Of a stretch of 38,874 nt of DNA, positions 7,478-16,078 are shown one piece after another. Every line of letters starts with the position of its first letter. The first letter of the stretch is position 1. The translations under genes were made by a program, and so were the position numbers. Below the pieces are notes generated by a model. It searched no databases. It was given only the letters and a program-made list of their open reading frames with translations, and was not told where the DNA came from. Source of the stretch: a virus; IMG/VR virus record IMGVR_UViG_3300017963_000147. One strand, 5' to 3'.

Positions 7478-8071
7478 CAAACCGAAGATCAGCTAACACG
7501 TGATATGTTGGCAGCAACCGCTGGTGCGATAAACTGCGTTGGCGGTAACAATGGTGACAACCCAACAAATATTGATCGGTCTGACGTTGATGACGTTGTT
7601 AGAACTCTTCTTTCGAACGATGCGTATACCGTAATGGATAACATCGAAGGTGAAGATAAGTTTGGCACCGGTCCTGTGCGTGATGCGTACTTTGCGCTGT
7701 GTTCAACGCAGCTAACAGGTAACTTAGACGCTGTTGCTGGTTTCTTACATAAAAATCAGTATCCAGCTCCAATGAATGCATTAAGAACAGAGTGGGGTTC
7801 AATTGGTAACCTTAGGTTCTTAGTGTCGTCTATTGGTTCGATTACTGCAAATAGCTCTAACTTGGGTGCAGATGTCTATAATATTTTCTGCGTTGGTATG
7901 GAAGCATATGCTTGTATCGAGCAGGATCAGTATTCTGCGCACTTTATTTATCTGCCTCCTGAATATTCTGGGCCGTTAGCGCTTAACTGTACAGTTGGTT
8001 ATAAGTTTGCAGAAGTGCCAAGAATTACAAACGATCTCTGGGTAATTAATCTACGTGCAACAAGAGCTTAA
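7478..8071 (+). CDS. Major capsid protein, exon 3 (197 codons)
   Basis: It continues QTEDQLTRDMLAATAG... and ends ...NLRATRA. The ATG at 7475 used by the ORF track is probably inside the intron. Confidence 0.75.
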   Translation, partial: QTEDQLTRDMLAATAGAINCVGGNNGDNPTNIDRSDVDDVVRTLLSNDAYTVMDNIEGEDKFGTGPVRDAYFALCSTQLTGNLDAVAGFLHKNQYPAPMNALRTEWGSIGNLRFLVSSIGSITANSSNLGADVYNIFCVGMEAYACIEQDQYSAHFIYLPPEYSGPLALNCTVGYKFAEVPRITNDLWVINLRATRA

Positions 8072-8082
8072 GGGAGATAATT

Positions 8083-9039
8083 ATGTCATATAATACTTAT
8101 ACTCAACAAGGTTCTTTTGTTTCTACTGGCGCAAGAAAAACATTATTGCTTCGTGGCGATATTGATTGGATTCATACATGGAACCTTACGACTCTCGCTG
8201 CGGGCGGTGCTGGTACTGGGGTTGAGTTCAGATGGATGCGTGGATTTGAAGATGATACCGCTATAGAATATACAAAGTTGGCTGCTGATGATTCAATTGC
8301 AATTGATACAATTGCTTCTGGTGGTTTTACACCTATCGATTCGTCAAAAACGCCTAAGTTATCGGCAATTAATTCAACGGTAACAGCTGTTTCAAATGCG
8401 TCGCCTCCGTTAGTTTCTCTAACATCGACAGCTGGTCTAGAAGAAAATGATATTATTCGAATCATTAATGTAACGGGTGCGCAGCAATTGGGTGGTATCG
8501 ATTTTACAATTGATACAATAACAGCAAATACAAGCTTTGAACTAGCTTTTGCGCCAACAATTGTTGCAGGTACAATTGGTTCATTTAGAAGGGTAATTAA
8601 GAATCCGCTTTATTATCCGCGTCATAGATATATTTCTGCGATTACACAGGCTACAAACGCTGTTATAACGCTAACTGTTACCCACGGATTTACTGTTGGC
8701 CAAATAGTTAGATTCCAAGTACCAGCAGCCTTTGATATGACAGAAATGAATAACCTTCAAGGAACAATTACTGCTGTAAGTGCAGTAAATAATACTATCA
8801 CAGTAAATATTGATTCGTCAGGATTTACAGCTTTTGCATGGCCACTAACAACTGACGTTCCATTTACTCCTGCAATGGTTATTCCTCTGGGCGATGAGGC
8901 TACAGTACTTGATGGTGCTACGTATAACCAAGGTTACATTGGAGTTGAATTGGCAGCTGGCGTTGATAGCCCAGCAGGTGTGTTAAATGACGATATATTT
9001 TGGATGGCCGGCAAGGGTTTTTCTGTAAATAATGAATAG
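8083..9039 (+). CDS. Virion structural protein, paralog 1 (318 aa; head decoration or fibre candidate)
   Basis: It immediately follows the capsid gene. The N-terminal (MSYNTY.QQGSF...GDIDW...FRWMRG...AIEYTKLAAD) and C-terminal (W.AGK.FSV.NE) blocks are shared with the next gene. It contains two beta-barrel modules of the ..G..V.......GM.E.N...G.I.......T..V.IDSS.FTAF type. Confidence 0.6.
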   Translation: MSYNTYTQQGSFVSTGARKTLLLRGDIDWIHTWNLTTLAAGGAGTGVEFRWMRGFEDDTAIEYTKLAADDSIAIDTIASGGFTPIDSSKTPKLSAINSTVTAVSNASPPLVSLTSTAGLEENDIIRIINVTGAQQLGGIDFTIDTITANTSFELAFAPTIVAGTIGSFRRVIKNPLYYPRHRYISAITQATNAVITLTVTHGFTVGQIVRFQVPAAFDMTEMNNLQGTITAVSAVNNTITVNIDSSGFTAFAWPLTTDVPFTPAMVIPLGDEATVLDGATYNQGYIGVELAAGVDSPAGVLNDDIFWMAGKGFSVNNE

Positions 9040-9051
9040 GCCATAGTTAAT

Positions 9052-9072
9052 GCCGGGCTTAGCCCGGCTTTT
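9052..9072 (+). terminator. Rho-independent terminator
   Basis: GCCGGGC tta GCCCGGC followed by TTTT. Confidence 0.75.
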
Positions 9073-9085
9073 ATAAGGAGATATC

Positions 9086-10063
9086 ATGTCATATAACACA
9101 TATATTCAACAGGGAAGCTTCCTTGCTGATGGTGAGCGAAAGACCGTTAATCTGCGTGGTGATATTGATTGGATGCATGTATACAATATAACTGTTCTTG
9201 CTGCAGCAGGTGCCGGAACAGGCGCTGAGTTTAGATGGATGCGTGGCCTTACTGACAATACTGCAATTGAATATACAAAATTGGCTGCTGATCAGTCACT
9301 TTCTCCTGATTATGTAACACCAGGTTTTAGGTATTTTAACGATCAGGATGATAGTGAGCTTGGTGCGCCTAATACAACGGTAACTAGAATAACTGCTGCA
9401 GGAGCTGTCTCGTGTACTAGTACTGCAGGACTGCTTGAAGGATCGATTGTACGATTTTTTAACGTAGAGAATGCAAATCAAATCAGTGGAATGGATTTTA
9501 CTGTAAGTACAATTGTAACTAATACTAGCTTCAATATATCTGCTCTTCCATCAAATATGGTCGACACTGGTGCTGGAATTACTGGCACATTTAGGATTGT
9601 TAATAAAGATCCTATGTATAGCCCTACAAAAGGTGTAATTACTGATGTTACTACGGGCGTTAATACGTTTATTACAACCTCTCGCAACGTAAGCGATATA
9701 TTTTCAGAGGGGCAATACGTACGGTTTAATATACCGGCCGGATGTGGGATGCCAGAGCTTAACGGTTTAGTGGGTAGAATTCTAGGCGTATCATCAGGAT
9801 TAAATTTGATAGAGGTAGATATCGATTCATCGGCATTTACAGCATTTGCATTTCCACTGCATGCAGCGGTACCAGTTTCACTTCCGGAAGTTGTTCCGGT
9901 TGGTGATTATGGGTATGATTTGCTAGTTAACAACATTGGCCAAACACAGAATCTATACAACATTGGAATGATTCTAGAGCCGGGTACTGATGCTCCTGCA
10001 GGTTCTGCCGGAGATGAAATCTATTGGATTGCAGGAAAATCTTTCTCTGTGACAAATGAATAA
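9086..10063 (+). CDS. Virion structural protein, paralog 2 (325 aa)
   Basis: Clear paralog of 8083-9039, with the same termini and domain order. It has its own RBS and terminator. Confidence 0.6.
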   Translation: MSYNTYIQQGSFLADGERKTVNLRGDIDWMHVYNITVLAAAGAGTGAEFRWMRGLTDNTAIEYTKLAADQSLSPDYVTPGFRYFNDQDDSELGAPNTTVTRITAAGAVSCTSTAGLLEGSIVRFFNVENANQISGMDFTVSTIVTNTSFNISALPSNMVDTGAGITGTFRIVNKDPMYSPTKGVITDVTTGVNTFITTSRNVSDIFSEGQYVRFNIPAGCGMPELNGLVGRILGVSSGLNLIEVDIDSSAFTAFAFPLHAAVPVSLPEVVPVGDYGYDLLVNNIGQTQNLYNIGMILEPGTDAPAGSAGDEIYWIAGKSFSVTNE

Positions 10064-10069
10064 CAATCT

Positions 10070-10089
10070 GGGGCGTTCGCGCCCCTTTT
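10070..10089 (+). terminator. Rho-independent terminator
   Basis: GGGGCG ttcg CGCCCC followed by TTTT. Confidence 0.75.
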
Positions 10090-10099
10090 ATGAAAGGTA

Positions 10100-10528
10100 G
10101 TGTTAATGATAAAAAAAACAACAGATAATAAAAAGAAAATGCAAGAAAGCTTAAAATATCAACGAGACAAAGATCGTCAAATGGTAAAAGGGATATTTAG
10201 GTTTTATGAAGTACCTGGCGGTTCTATGAGCTTTAATTATAGAAAATACAAAGAGGATCCAATTGAGCGATACGATTTTGTTGATGGCCAAGTCTATACA
10301 ATACCACTTGGTGTTGCTAAACATTTAACCAAAAATTGCAGCTATCCTGTGCATAAGCATTTAAAAGATGAGAGCGGTAAGGTTTCAATGCGTATTGGCC
10401 AAAAGGTGAACAGGGTTGGCTTTGAGAGTTTAGAATTTATGGATATTGACGACTTGCCTAACAACTCTGATAGTATTGTTATTGTAGATGAAGTTACAGA
10501 TGATAGTGCATTTAAAAAAGTAAAGTAG
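10100..10528 (+). CDS. Hypothetical structural-module protein (142 aa; alternative ATG at 10106)
   Basis: Coding-like composition, located in the structural operon. No motif assigned. Confidence 0.55.
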   Translation: MLMIKKTTDNKKKMQESLKYQRDKDRQMVKGIFRFYEVPGGSMSFNYRKYKEDPIERYDFVDGQVYTIPLGVAKHLTKNCSYPVHKHLKDESGKVSMRIGQKVNRVGFESLEFMDIDDLPNNSDSIVIVDEVTDDSAFKKVK

Positions 10529-10534
10529 GTAAAA

Positions 10535-10897
10535 ATGGCAAGATTCACTGCTGAAGAAAACCCAACATTTCAGAGAGCAATGAGGCTAATTAGTGCCATA
10601 ACAAATGATAACCCGGCGCAGGTTACAACCACATTTGATCATGACTATGGAACTGGTGATATTGTACGGCTTAATATTCCAAAATGGTACGGTATGATTC
10701 AAGCGGATAAGCTTGTTGGGACAATTACTGTTACTGGAACAGATACTTTTACAATCGATATTAATACTACTAAATTTGATATATTTTCTGTTCCGGCGCC
10801 TGTTCCATGGTACGTGAATGCATCTGCTAGCGTTACGCCTGTTGGAGAAGTGACAGAAAATTTAGATGGTGCTACTCAAAATACGTTGCCGCATTAG
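10535..10897 (+). CDS. Small structural protein consisting of one beta-barrel module (120 aa)
   Basis: ISAITNDNPAQVTTTFDHDYGTGDIVRLNIPKWYGMIQADKLVGTITVTGTDTFTIDINTTKFDIF matches the module repeated in 8083, 9086 and 12513. Confidence 0.55.
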   Translation: MARFTAEENPTFQRAMRLISAITNDNPAQVTTTFDHDYGTGDIVRLNIPKWYGMIQADKLVGTITVTGTDTFTIDINTTKFDIFSVPAPVPWYVNASASVTPVGEVTENLDGATQNTLPH

Positions 10898-10950
10898 TTT
10901 GAGTTGCTTTAAGCTAATTATGTAGTTTTAATATTTAAATAGGGGATGTA

Positions 10951-11925
10951 ATGGCAGATTCAACCTTAGATGCTATACGTACTAAAGTAAGGAGACTTAC
11001 TCGTAGCCCATCAGAAGCTCAAATTACTACTGATCAGATTGATGAGTATGTAAATACCTTTGTTTTGTATGATTTTCCAGAACAGCTAAGATTGTCTTCG
11101 TTAAAAACCACATTTACTTTTTATACAGAGCCATATATAGATTCATATGATAGTTCTAATACTGCAACTGAGTTAGACAACTTTATTAATACGTATTTAA
11201 CATTTCATGAGCCAGTTTATGTAGATGGCAAGCAAGTACGATTTTACCAAGATAGAGAACGATTTTTCGGTGATTATCCTAAGGTGAGCTCTCGGGTGAC
11301 TATAGCGACTGGCGATGGTGCGACGCTCAATTATACCGGAACTTTAAGCGCTGTTCCTATTTTAAGAAATGAGGTACTGTTTAGCTCGCGAGATTCTAAC
11401 AACGACAGTCTAGAATTGCATGATCAGCCAGTTGACAACTCTGTGGGCCTTCTTAATGGTTCTGGCGGTACGGGCGCTATAGACTATGTGACAGGTGAAT
11501 ATGCGATTGATTTTACTAACGCGCCGGCTGCAAGTGTAGATATAGTTGCGCATACTGTTCCTTATGTGGCAGCTGTGCCAGATGCAATACTCTTTTATGA
11601 TAATACTTTTACAGTGCGCCCAATCCCTCAACAGGCTTATAAAATTGAAATGGATGCATATAAAAGGCCAACAGAATTGCTAGCAAATAACCAGTCCCCT
11701 GAGCTAGAAGAATGGTGGCAATATATATCATACGGCGCCGCAAAGAAGATCCTAGAGGATAGATTGGATATGGAAACCATACAAATTATAATGCCAGAAT
11801 TTAAAACACAAGAGCGCCTTATTTTAAGAAGAAGTATAGTGCAACAAGCAGACAAGCGAGTTGCAACAATTTATACGGATCACTTAGATGGTCAGATTCG
11901 TAATAACTGGAATCGAAGGGGTTAG
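10951..11925 (+). CDS. Putative head-tail adaptor or tail tubular A-like protein (324 aa)
   Basis: Position between the head genes and the large nozzle-like protein. No diagnostic motif, so the assignment is positional only. Confidence 0.35.
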   Translation: MADSTLDAIRTKVRRLTRSPSEAQITTDQIDEYVNTFVLYDFPEQLRLSSLKTTFTFYTEPYIDSYDSSNTATELDNFINTYLTFHEPVYVDGKQVRFYQDRERFFGDYPKVSSRVTIATGDGATLNYTGTLSAVPILRNEVLFSSRDSNNDSLELHDQPVDNSVGLLNGSGGTGAIDYVTGEYAIDFTNAPAASVDIVAHTVPYVAAVPDAILFYDNTFTVRPIPQQAYKIEMDAYKRPTELLANNQSPELEEWWQYISYGAAKKILEDRLDMETIQIIMPEFKTQERLILRRSIVQQADKRVATIYTDHLDGQIRNNWNRRG

Positions 11926-11927
11926 TT

Positions 11928-12512
11928 ATGGCATATCAAGATCAGATTCCACAACCTATTGACGAGCTAAAAACTTCACAGAATGATATACTAAATAATT
12001 TTATAGCAATTAAGGCTGCATGGGATGTAAATCACGTAACTTTTGATCTTGCAAATCAAGGTAAGCATAATTATGTAACATTACCTGAACAAGCAGGAGA
12101 TCCAACTACTAGTACCGATGAGGTTGCTCTATATTCAAAAGAGTCGGCGCTTACTGGAAAAGCAGAGTTATTTATTAAAAAGGAAACGCCTACGGGAGAT
12201 GTGATTGAATTTACTTCTGCTATAAAAGCTACTCCTGGATGGACTAGATTGCCTTCTGGAATATTGCTAAAGTGGGGAGCTGCGACAGCGACTGGAGCAG
12301 GAACAATAATATTTCCTGTAGGAGCGACTATTCCTGCATTTACTACTGTTTTTTCTGCACAACTAACTGTTTTAGATGCTACAGCTGCAGATGCTGATGA
12401 GGCTATTAGGTTAACAGCCTTTACAGCTGCGTCTATAAGTGTGTGGGGATCTCCTAGGTCGACAACCGGTTCAAAGGCGGTTAATTTTGAATATCTAGTA
12501 ATAGGAGAATAA
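11928..12512 (+). CDS. Tail-associated structural protein (194 aa)
   Basis: Start and stop are tightly coupled to the flanking genes. The composition is Thr/Ala-rich and beta-type. Confidence 0.45.
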   Translation: MAYQDQIPQPIDELKTSQNDILNNFIAIKAAWDVNHVTFDLANQGKHNYVTLPEQAGDPTTSTDEVALYSKESALTGKAELFIKKETPTGDVIEFTSAIKATPGWTRLPSGILLKWGAATATGAGTIIFPVGATIPAFTTVFSAQLTVLDATAADADEAIRLTAFTAASISVWGSPRSTTGSKAVNFEYLVIGE

Positions 12513-14702
12513 ATGGCTTTTGATAAGTTCTTATTGGCCCCAATAACTGATGGTGTTAGGGAAGACGTAAAACCATGGTTAATACCAGATAGAGCTTTTG
12601 AAAAGCTTAGTAATGCATATAATTTTCGTGGCAGAATAAAAAAAAGAGTTGGTTCTAGAAATGTTGGTGATATTGATATAAAACCATCTACGCGCTTAAG
12701 AATAAAGTTGTCGGCGGCCTCAGGAACAGTTCCTCTAGGGTCAAGTGTCGCCTCTGTAGGGCAAATGTTTTCGATTGGCGAGCACACATTGACTGCAAAT
12801 ATAGCAGGAAACCCGGCACTTCTTTTGAGCTCAGGAGGAGGACTATCTGGAACCTACGACACTACTACCGGTGCATATGTAATAAATGGTGCTGGCGCAA
12901 CTGATATATATTTTTATCCTGTGTTGCCAGTAATGGGGTTTACAAATTTTGAGCGTGCTGAAGTTAACGAAGAGCGCACTTATGCCTTTGACACGAAATT
13001 TTCATATATTCTTTTAGATTCTGGATGGGAACGTATTGGAGCAGGATTATTGGTTGCTGATCCAGATACATGGAGTGGCTCTGATAGTAAGTTTTTTTGG
13101 AGCGAAAACTACAGAGGAGTAGATGATTATAATTACCTTTTATTTACTACAAACTATAATGTGAAGGATCATATTAAATATTATGATGGTTTTACATGGA
13201 ATTTTTATAGGCCTCAGTATGCCTCTAACGCCGCCGACCTTATTGAGGGATGCAGACTAATAGTTTATTTTCAAAACAGATTGCTTTTATTAAATACTAT
13301 TGAATATAATTCGATCAGCGGAACTACTAATACTATAGTTAATAGGTGTAGATATTCTGCTATAGGAAGCCCTTTCCCTAGCGTTGGACCACCTGCGTAT
13401 TGGCCATTTAGGGAGGATATCGCTGGGAGCGGTAGTTTTATAGATGCGCCGACCAGAGAGGCAATAATTAGCGCAGTAAAACTAAAAAATAGGTTGATTG
13501 TCTTTTTTGAGAGAAGCACTTATGAACTTGTATATACGGGAAATCAAGTGTATCCCTTTATTTGGCAGCAAATTAACTCTACATTAGGTTGCGAATCAAC
13601 TTTTTCGGTGATACCGTTTGATCAAGTTTCTCTTGGGGTAGGGGAAAATGGTATTCATGCATGCAATGGAGCAAATGTACAAAGAATAGATAGTAAAATA
13701 CCCGACGACATATTTAAAATACATAATGAGGATGAAGGTGTCTTTCGGGTGCATGGCATAAGAGACTATTATAATGAAATGACCTATTGGGGAATGCCAT
13801 CAAAAGGACAGCATGAAAAATTTCCGGACACTATCTTAGTGTATAATTATAATAACGATACATGGGCCTATTTTGATGATAGTACTACTGCTTTTGGCTA
13901 TTACTATCGTCATAATGAACAAACTTGGACAGAGTCATCAGGAACTTGGGAAGAAAGCAACTTTGTATGGAATTCTGGCACACAAGAATCAAACTTTAGA
14001 TATGTTATTGCAGGCAATCAACAGGGATATACCTTTTTAATGGATAGAGGTATATCAAAAAATGCTCTATCACAACAAATAACTGATATTACAGAGGCTG
14101 CGGGGGTTGTGACAATCACCTCATATAATCATAACCTTTCTACGGGAGATTGGATCCAAATAGAAAATGCTACAGGGATTACCGAGCTTAATGGAAATAT
14201 ATATAAGATAAAACGTGTAATTGGTGCTGACGCTGCTAATACTTTTACCATAGATAATGCTCCAGTTGTTACGGGAACTTATAGTGGCAGTGGTACAATT
14301 AGATTAGTCTCAATGATTGATATTCGAACAAAAAGATTTAACTTTTATTCAGGAAACGGTTTAAATACTAACATTCAGAAAACAGATTTTCTTGTAGATA
14401 AAGTTGATGGTGGTGAGATTACTATAGACTATTTAACAGGAGCTTCACAGGTCTCTTTGAGGGATGCTGGAGTCGATACTGGTGCAATTCTTGGTTCTGG
14501 AATGCTAGAAACTAGCTCATTTAACGCGTTTGAAGAATCGCAAGCTCGATTTTGGCATGCAGTATATTTGCAGGCTCAAGGCGAATCTATCCAGCTAAGA
14601 ATATATTGGAGTGATTCTCAAATGGCTAAGCCTAATATTTCTCAGAGATGGTTAGAGATACATGGTATTCTGTTTCATGCATCGCCTACTCAAGATCTCT
14701 AG
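12513..14702 (+). CDS. Putative tail tubular B or nozzle-like protein (729 aa)
   Basis: Size and position fit. It is W/Y/N-rich, consistent with a beta-propeller. It contains one inserted beta-barrel module (ITDITEAAGVVTITSYNHNLSTGDWIQIENATGITELNGNIYKIKRV...TFTID). Confidence 0.4.
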   Translation: MAFDKFLLAPITDGVREDVKPWLIPDRAFEKLSNAYNFRGRIKKRVGSRNVGDIDIKPSTRLRIKLSAASGTVPLGSSVASVGQMFSIGEHTLTANIAGNPALLLSSGGGLSGTYDTTTGAYVINGAGATDIYFYPVLPVMGFTNFERAEVNEERTYAFDTKFSYILLDSGWERIGAGLLVADPDTWSGSDSKFFWSENYRGVDDYNYLLFTTNYNVKDHIKYYDGFTWNFYRPQYASNAADLIEGCRLIVYFQNRLLLLNTIEYNSISGTTNTIVNRCRYSAIGSPFPSVGPPAYWPFREDIAGSGSFIDAPTREAIISAVKLKNRLIVFFERSTYELVYTGNQVYPFIWQQINSTLGCESTFSVIPFDQVSLGVGENGIHACNGANVQRIDSKIPDDIFKIHNEDEGVFRVHGIRDYYNEMTYWGMPSKGQHEKFPDTILVYNYNNDTWAYFDDSTTAFGYYYRHNEQTWTESSGTWEESNFVWNSGTQESNFRYVIAGNQQGYTFLMDRGISKNALSQQITDITEAAGVVTITSYNHNLSTGDWIQIENATGITELNGNIYKIKRVIGADAANTFTIDNAPVVTGTYSGSGTIRLVSMIDIRTKRFNFYSGNGLNTNIQKTDFLVDKVDGGEITIDYLTGASQVSLRDAGVDTGAILGSGMLETSSFNAFEESQARFWHAVYLQAQGESIQLRIYWSDSQMAKPNISQRWLEIHGILFHASPTQDL

Positions 14703-15248
14703 TCATTCTTTTATGAACTCAAAAACAACTGAAGACTTTGTGAATGAAGTTCTATCGCTTCCTGTTGTAATAATTATGTTGGTAGCGTCTACGCGTAGCT
14801 CTATGTTGTTTGCAAGCACTGGAGATGCATACGGAAGAGGTATGTTTGTTGAGCTTGTAGGATCTGTAGCTGTCCCATATATTTCTATAGCCTGATACGT
14901 ATCAGGAGATGGGAATGTTATGCCATGAGCAACTGATTTTGTTCCAGTGTTTGGCAGCGATCCAAAATCAATCACTTTTCTGAATCCTTGTCTTTGTATA
15001 GGTTTTTTTGGTGTTTTACTAGTAAGAGCTGGATCTGGAAACCATACTTTTCCACTTACTATTTCAGTAGGATCATATATTGCAGTTTCTTTGATGTTCA
15101 CCATAAGAGATAGATTGTTTACAGATTGACGTAGTCTTATAAGAAAATCTTTAAATTCTGGGCTATTAATTGAAATATTTTGTATGTCTTCTATTTCAAA
15201 TATTGTTGTGGTGGGTAAAAATGCTCCAAATCTATCATTAACTGACAT
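14703..15248 (-). CDS. Hypothetical protein (181 aa), the only minus-strand gene in the tail module
   Basis: AAGGAG lies 8 nt upstream of the ATG at 15248. The composition is beta-rich and structural-like. Its stop directly abuts the stop of 12513-14702. Confidence 0.65.
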   Translation of the reverse strand: MSVNDRFGAFLPTTTIFEIEDIQNISINSPEFKDFLIRLRQSVNNLSLMVNIKETAIYDPTEIVSGKVWFPDPALTSKTPKKPIQRQGFRKVIDFGSLPNTGTKSVAHGITFPSPDTYQAIEIYGTATDPTSSTNIPLPYASPVLANNIELRVDATNIIITTGSDRTSFTKSSVVFEFIKE

Positions 15249-15273
15249 GCATACTACTCCTTAATAAAATTTT

Positions 15274-15302
15274 ATTATAATGCATCGTTAATGCATTATA
15301 AT
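15274..15302. promoter_or_regulatory. Perfect 12-bp inverted repeat with a 5-nt spacer, carrying two opposed TATAAT boxes
   Basis: ATTATAATGCAT cgtta ATGCATTATAAT lies in the 97-bp divergent gap between 15248 (-) and 15346 (+). Confidence 0.6.
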
Positions 15303-15345
15303 ATGTAAGTGGTGTTGGTTGAAAGTCGTAATTATAGGAAACAAT

Positions 15346-16062
15346 ATGAGTGCTTTTTCAAAAATAAAAAATTTAATTAAGAAGGTAGGCTCTCCAGTAG
15401 TTAATTGGGTCAAAGAGAATGTTTTTGGAGTATACACTCCTAGGACAGAAGAGGGGCCAGGAGGAATAAAAACGCATACAACAGCTAAGGGCACAGAGGT
15501 AACGCAAGTTCCTAAGCTTGATCCAAAAATGCAAGCACAATTAGATGCGTTATTGCCTGATCTAATAAATGAGCTGCAGTCTGACCAGACGGCATTTTCT
15601 GACTTCCAAGACTTGATTGGGGAAACGAAAGAAGCTTTTGGTTCTCAGGGTGATATGTTTGCACCCCTTGAACAGTTGGCAACTCAAAAATTTGAACAAC
15701 AAATAATCCCAGGATTAGCGGAAAGATTTACTAGTATGGGGGGAGCAGGGCAGAGAAGCGGTGCTTTTGCAAGGCAGGCTACGCAGGCTGGCCAAAATTT
15801 AGCGACCTCTTTGGCTGCTTTAAAAGGTGAATTGGGAATGAAACAGCAGAGAAATCTTCTAGATCAAACACAATTAGCATTAAAGCATCAAGCGCTTCGT
15901 GGATCGGTTGGTGAATCGCGCAAAGCTCGCTTACAACAATTGCTACAGCAAGGATTAGCGCTTCCGTATGATACAACGGCACGCGGTTCGAAAAGCCTTC
16001 TGCAAACTGGCGCTGAGTCGTTAGGGCAAGCTATTCCATATTTAATTCAAATGAAATTATAA
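15346..16062 (+). CDS. Putative internal virion protein (238 aa from ATG 15346; track ORF opens at TTG 15319)
   Basis: Q/L/A-rich helical protein upstream of the giant ejection-type protein. Positional call. Confidence 0.45.
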   Translation: MSAFSKIKNLIKKVGSPVVNWVKENVFGVYTPRTEEGPGGIKTHTTAKGTEVTQVPKLDPKMQAQLDALLPDLINELQSDQTAFSDFQDLIGETKEAFGSQGDMFAPLEQLATQKFEQQIIPGLAERFTSMGGAGQRSGAFARQATQAGQNLATSLAALKGELGMKQQRNLLDQTQLALKHQALRGSVGESRKARLQQLLQQGLALPYDTTARGSKSLLQTGAESLGQAIPYLIQMKL

Positions 16063-16078
16063 AAGAGAAGGGTTTTTT

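Noticed and set aside
7109-7568. Two minus-strand ORFs (7109-7354 and 7281-7568) and the ATG at 7475 used for the capsid C-terminal ORF
   Set aside because: They lie across intron and micro-exon sequence of the capsid gene. The splice model explains the region better. The ATG at 7475 falls inside intron 2, which ends at G7477.
12071-12787. 238-aa minus-strand ORF spanning two plus-strand tail genes
   Set aside because: It crosses the boundary of two tightly coupled plus-strand genes that have good starts. It lacks an RBS, and its composition mirrors the sense genes.
14703-15302. Invertible DNA segment (Gin/Cin-type) explaining the lone minus-strand gene in the tail operon
   Set aside because: There are no flanking inverted repeats at the two borders, since the palindrome at 15274-15302 is self-contained on one side only. 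No invertase or recombinase gene is present in the genome.
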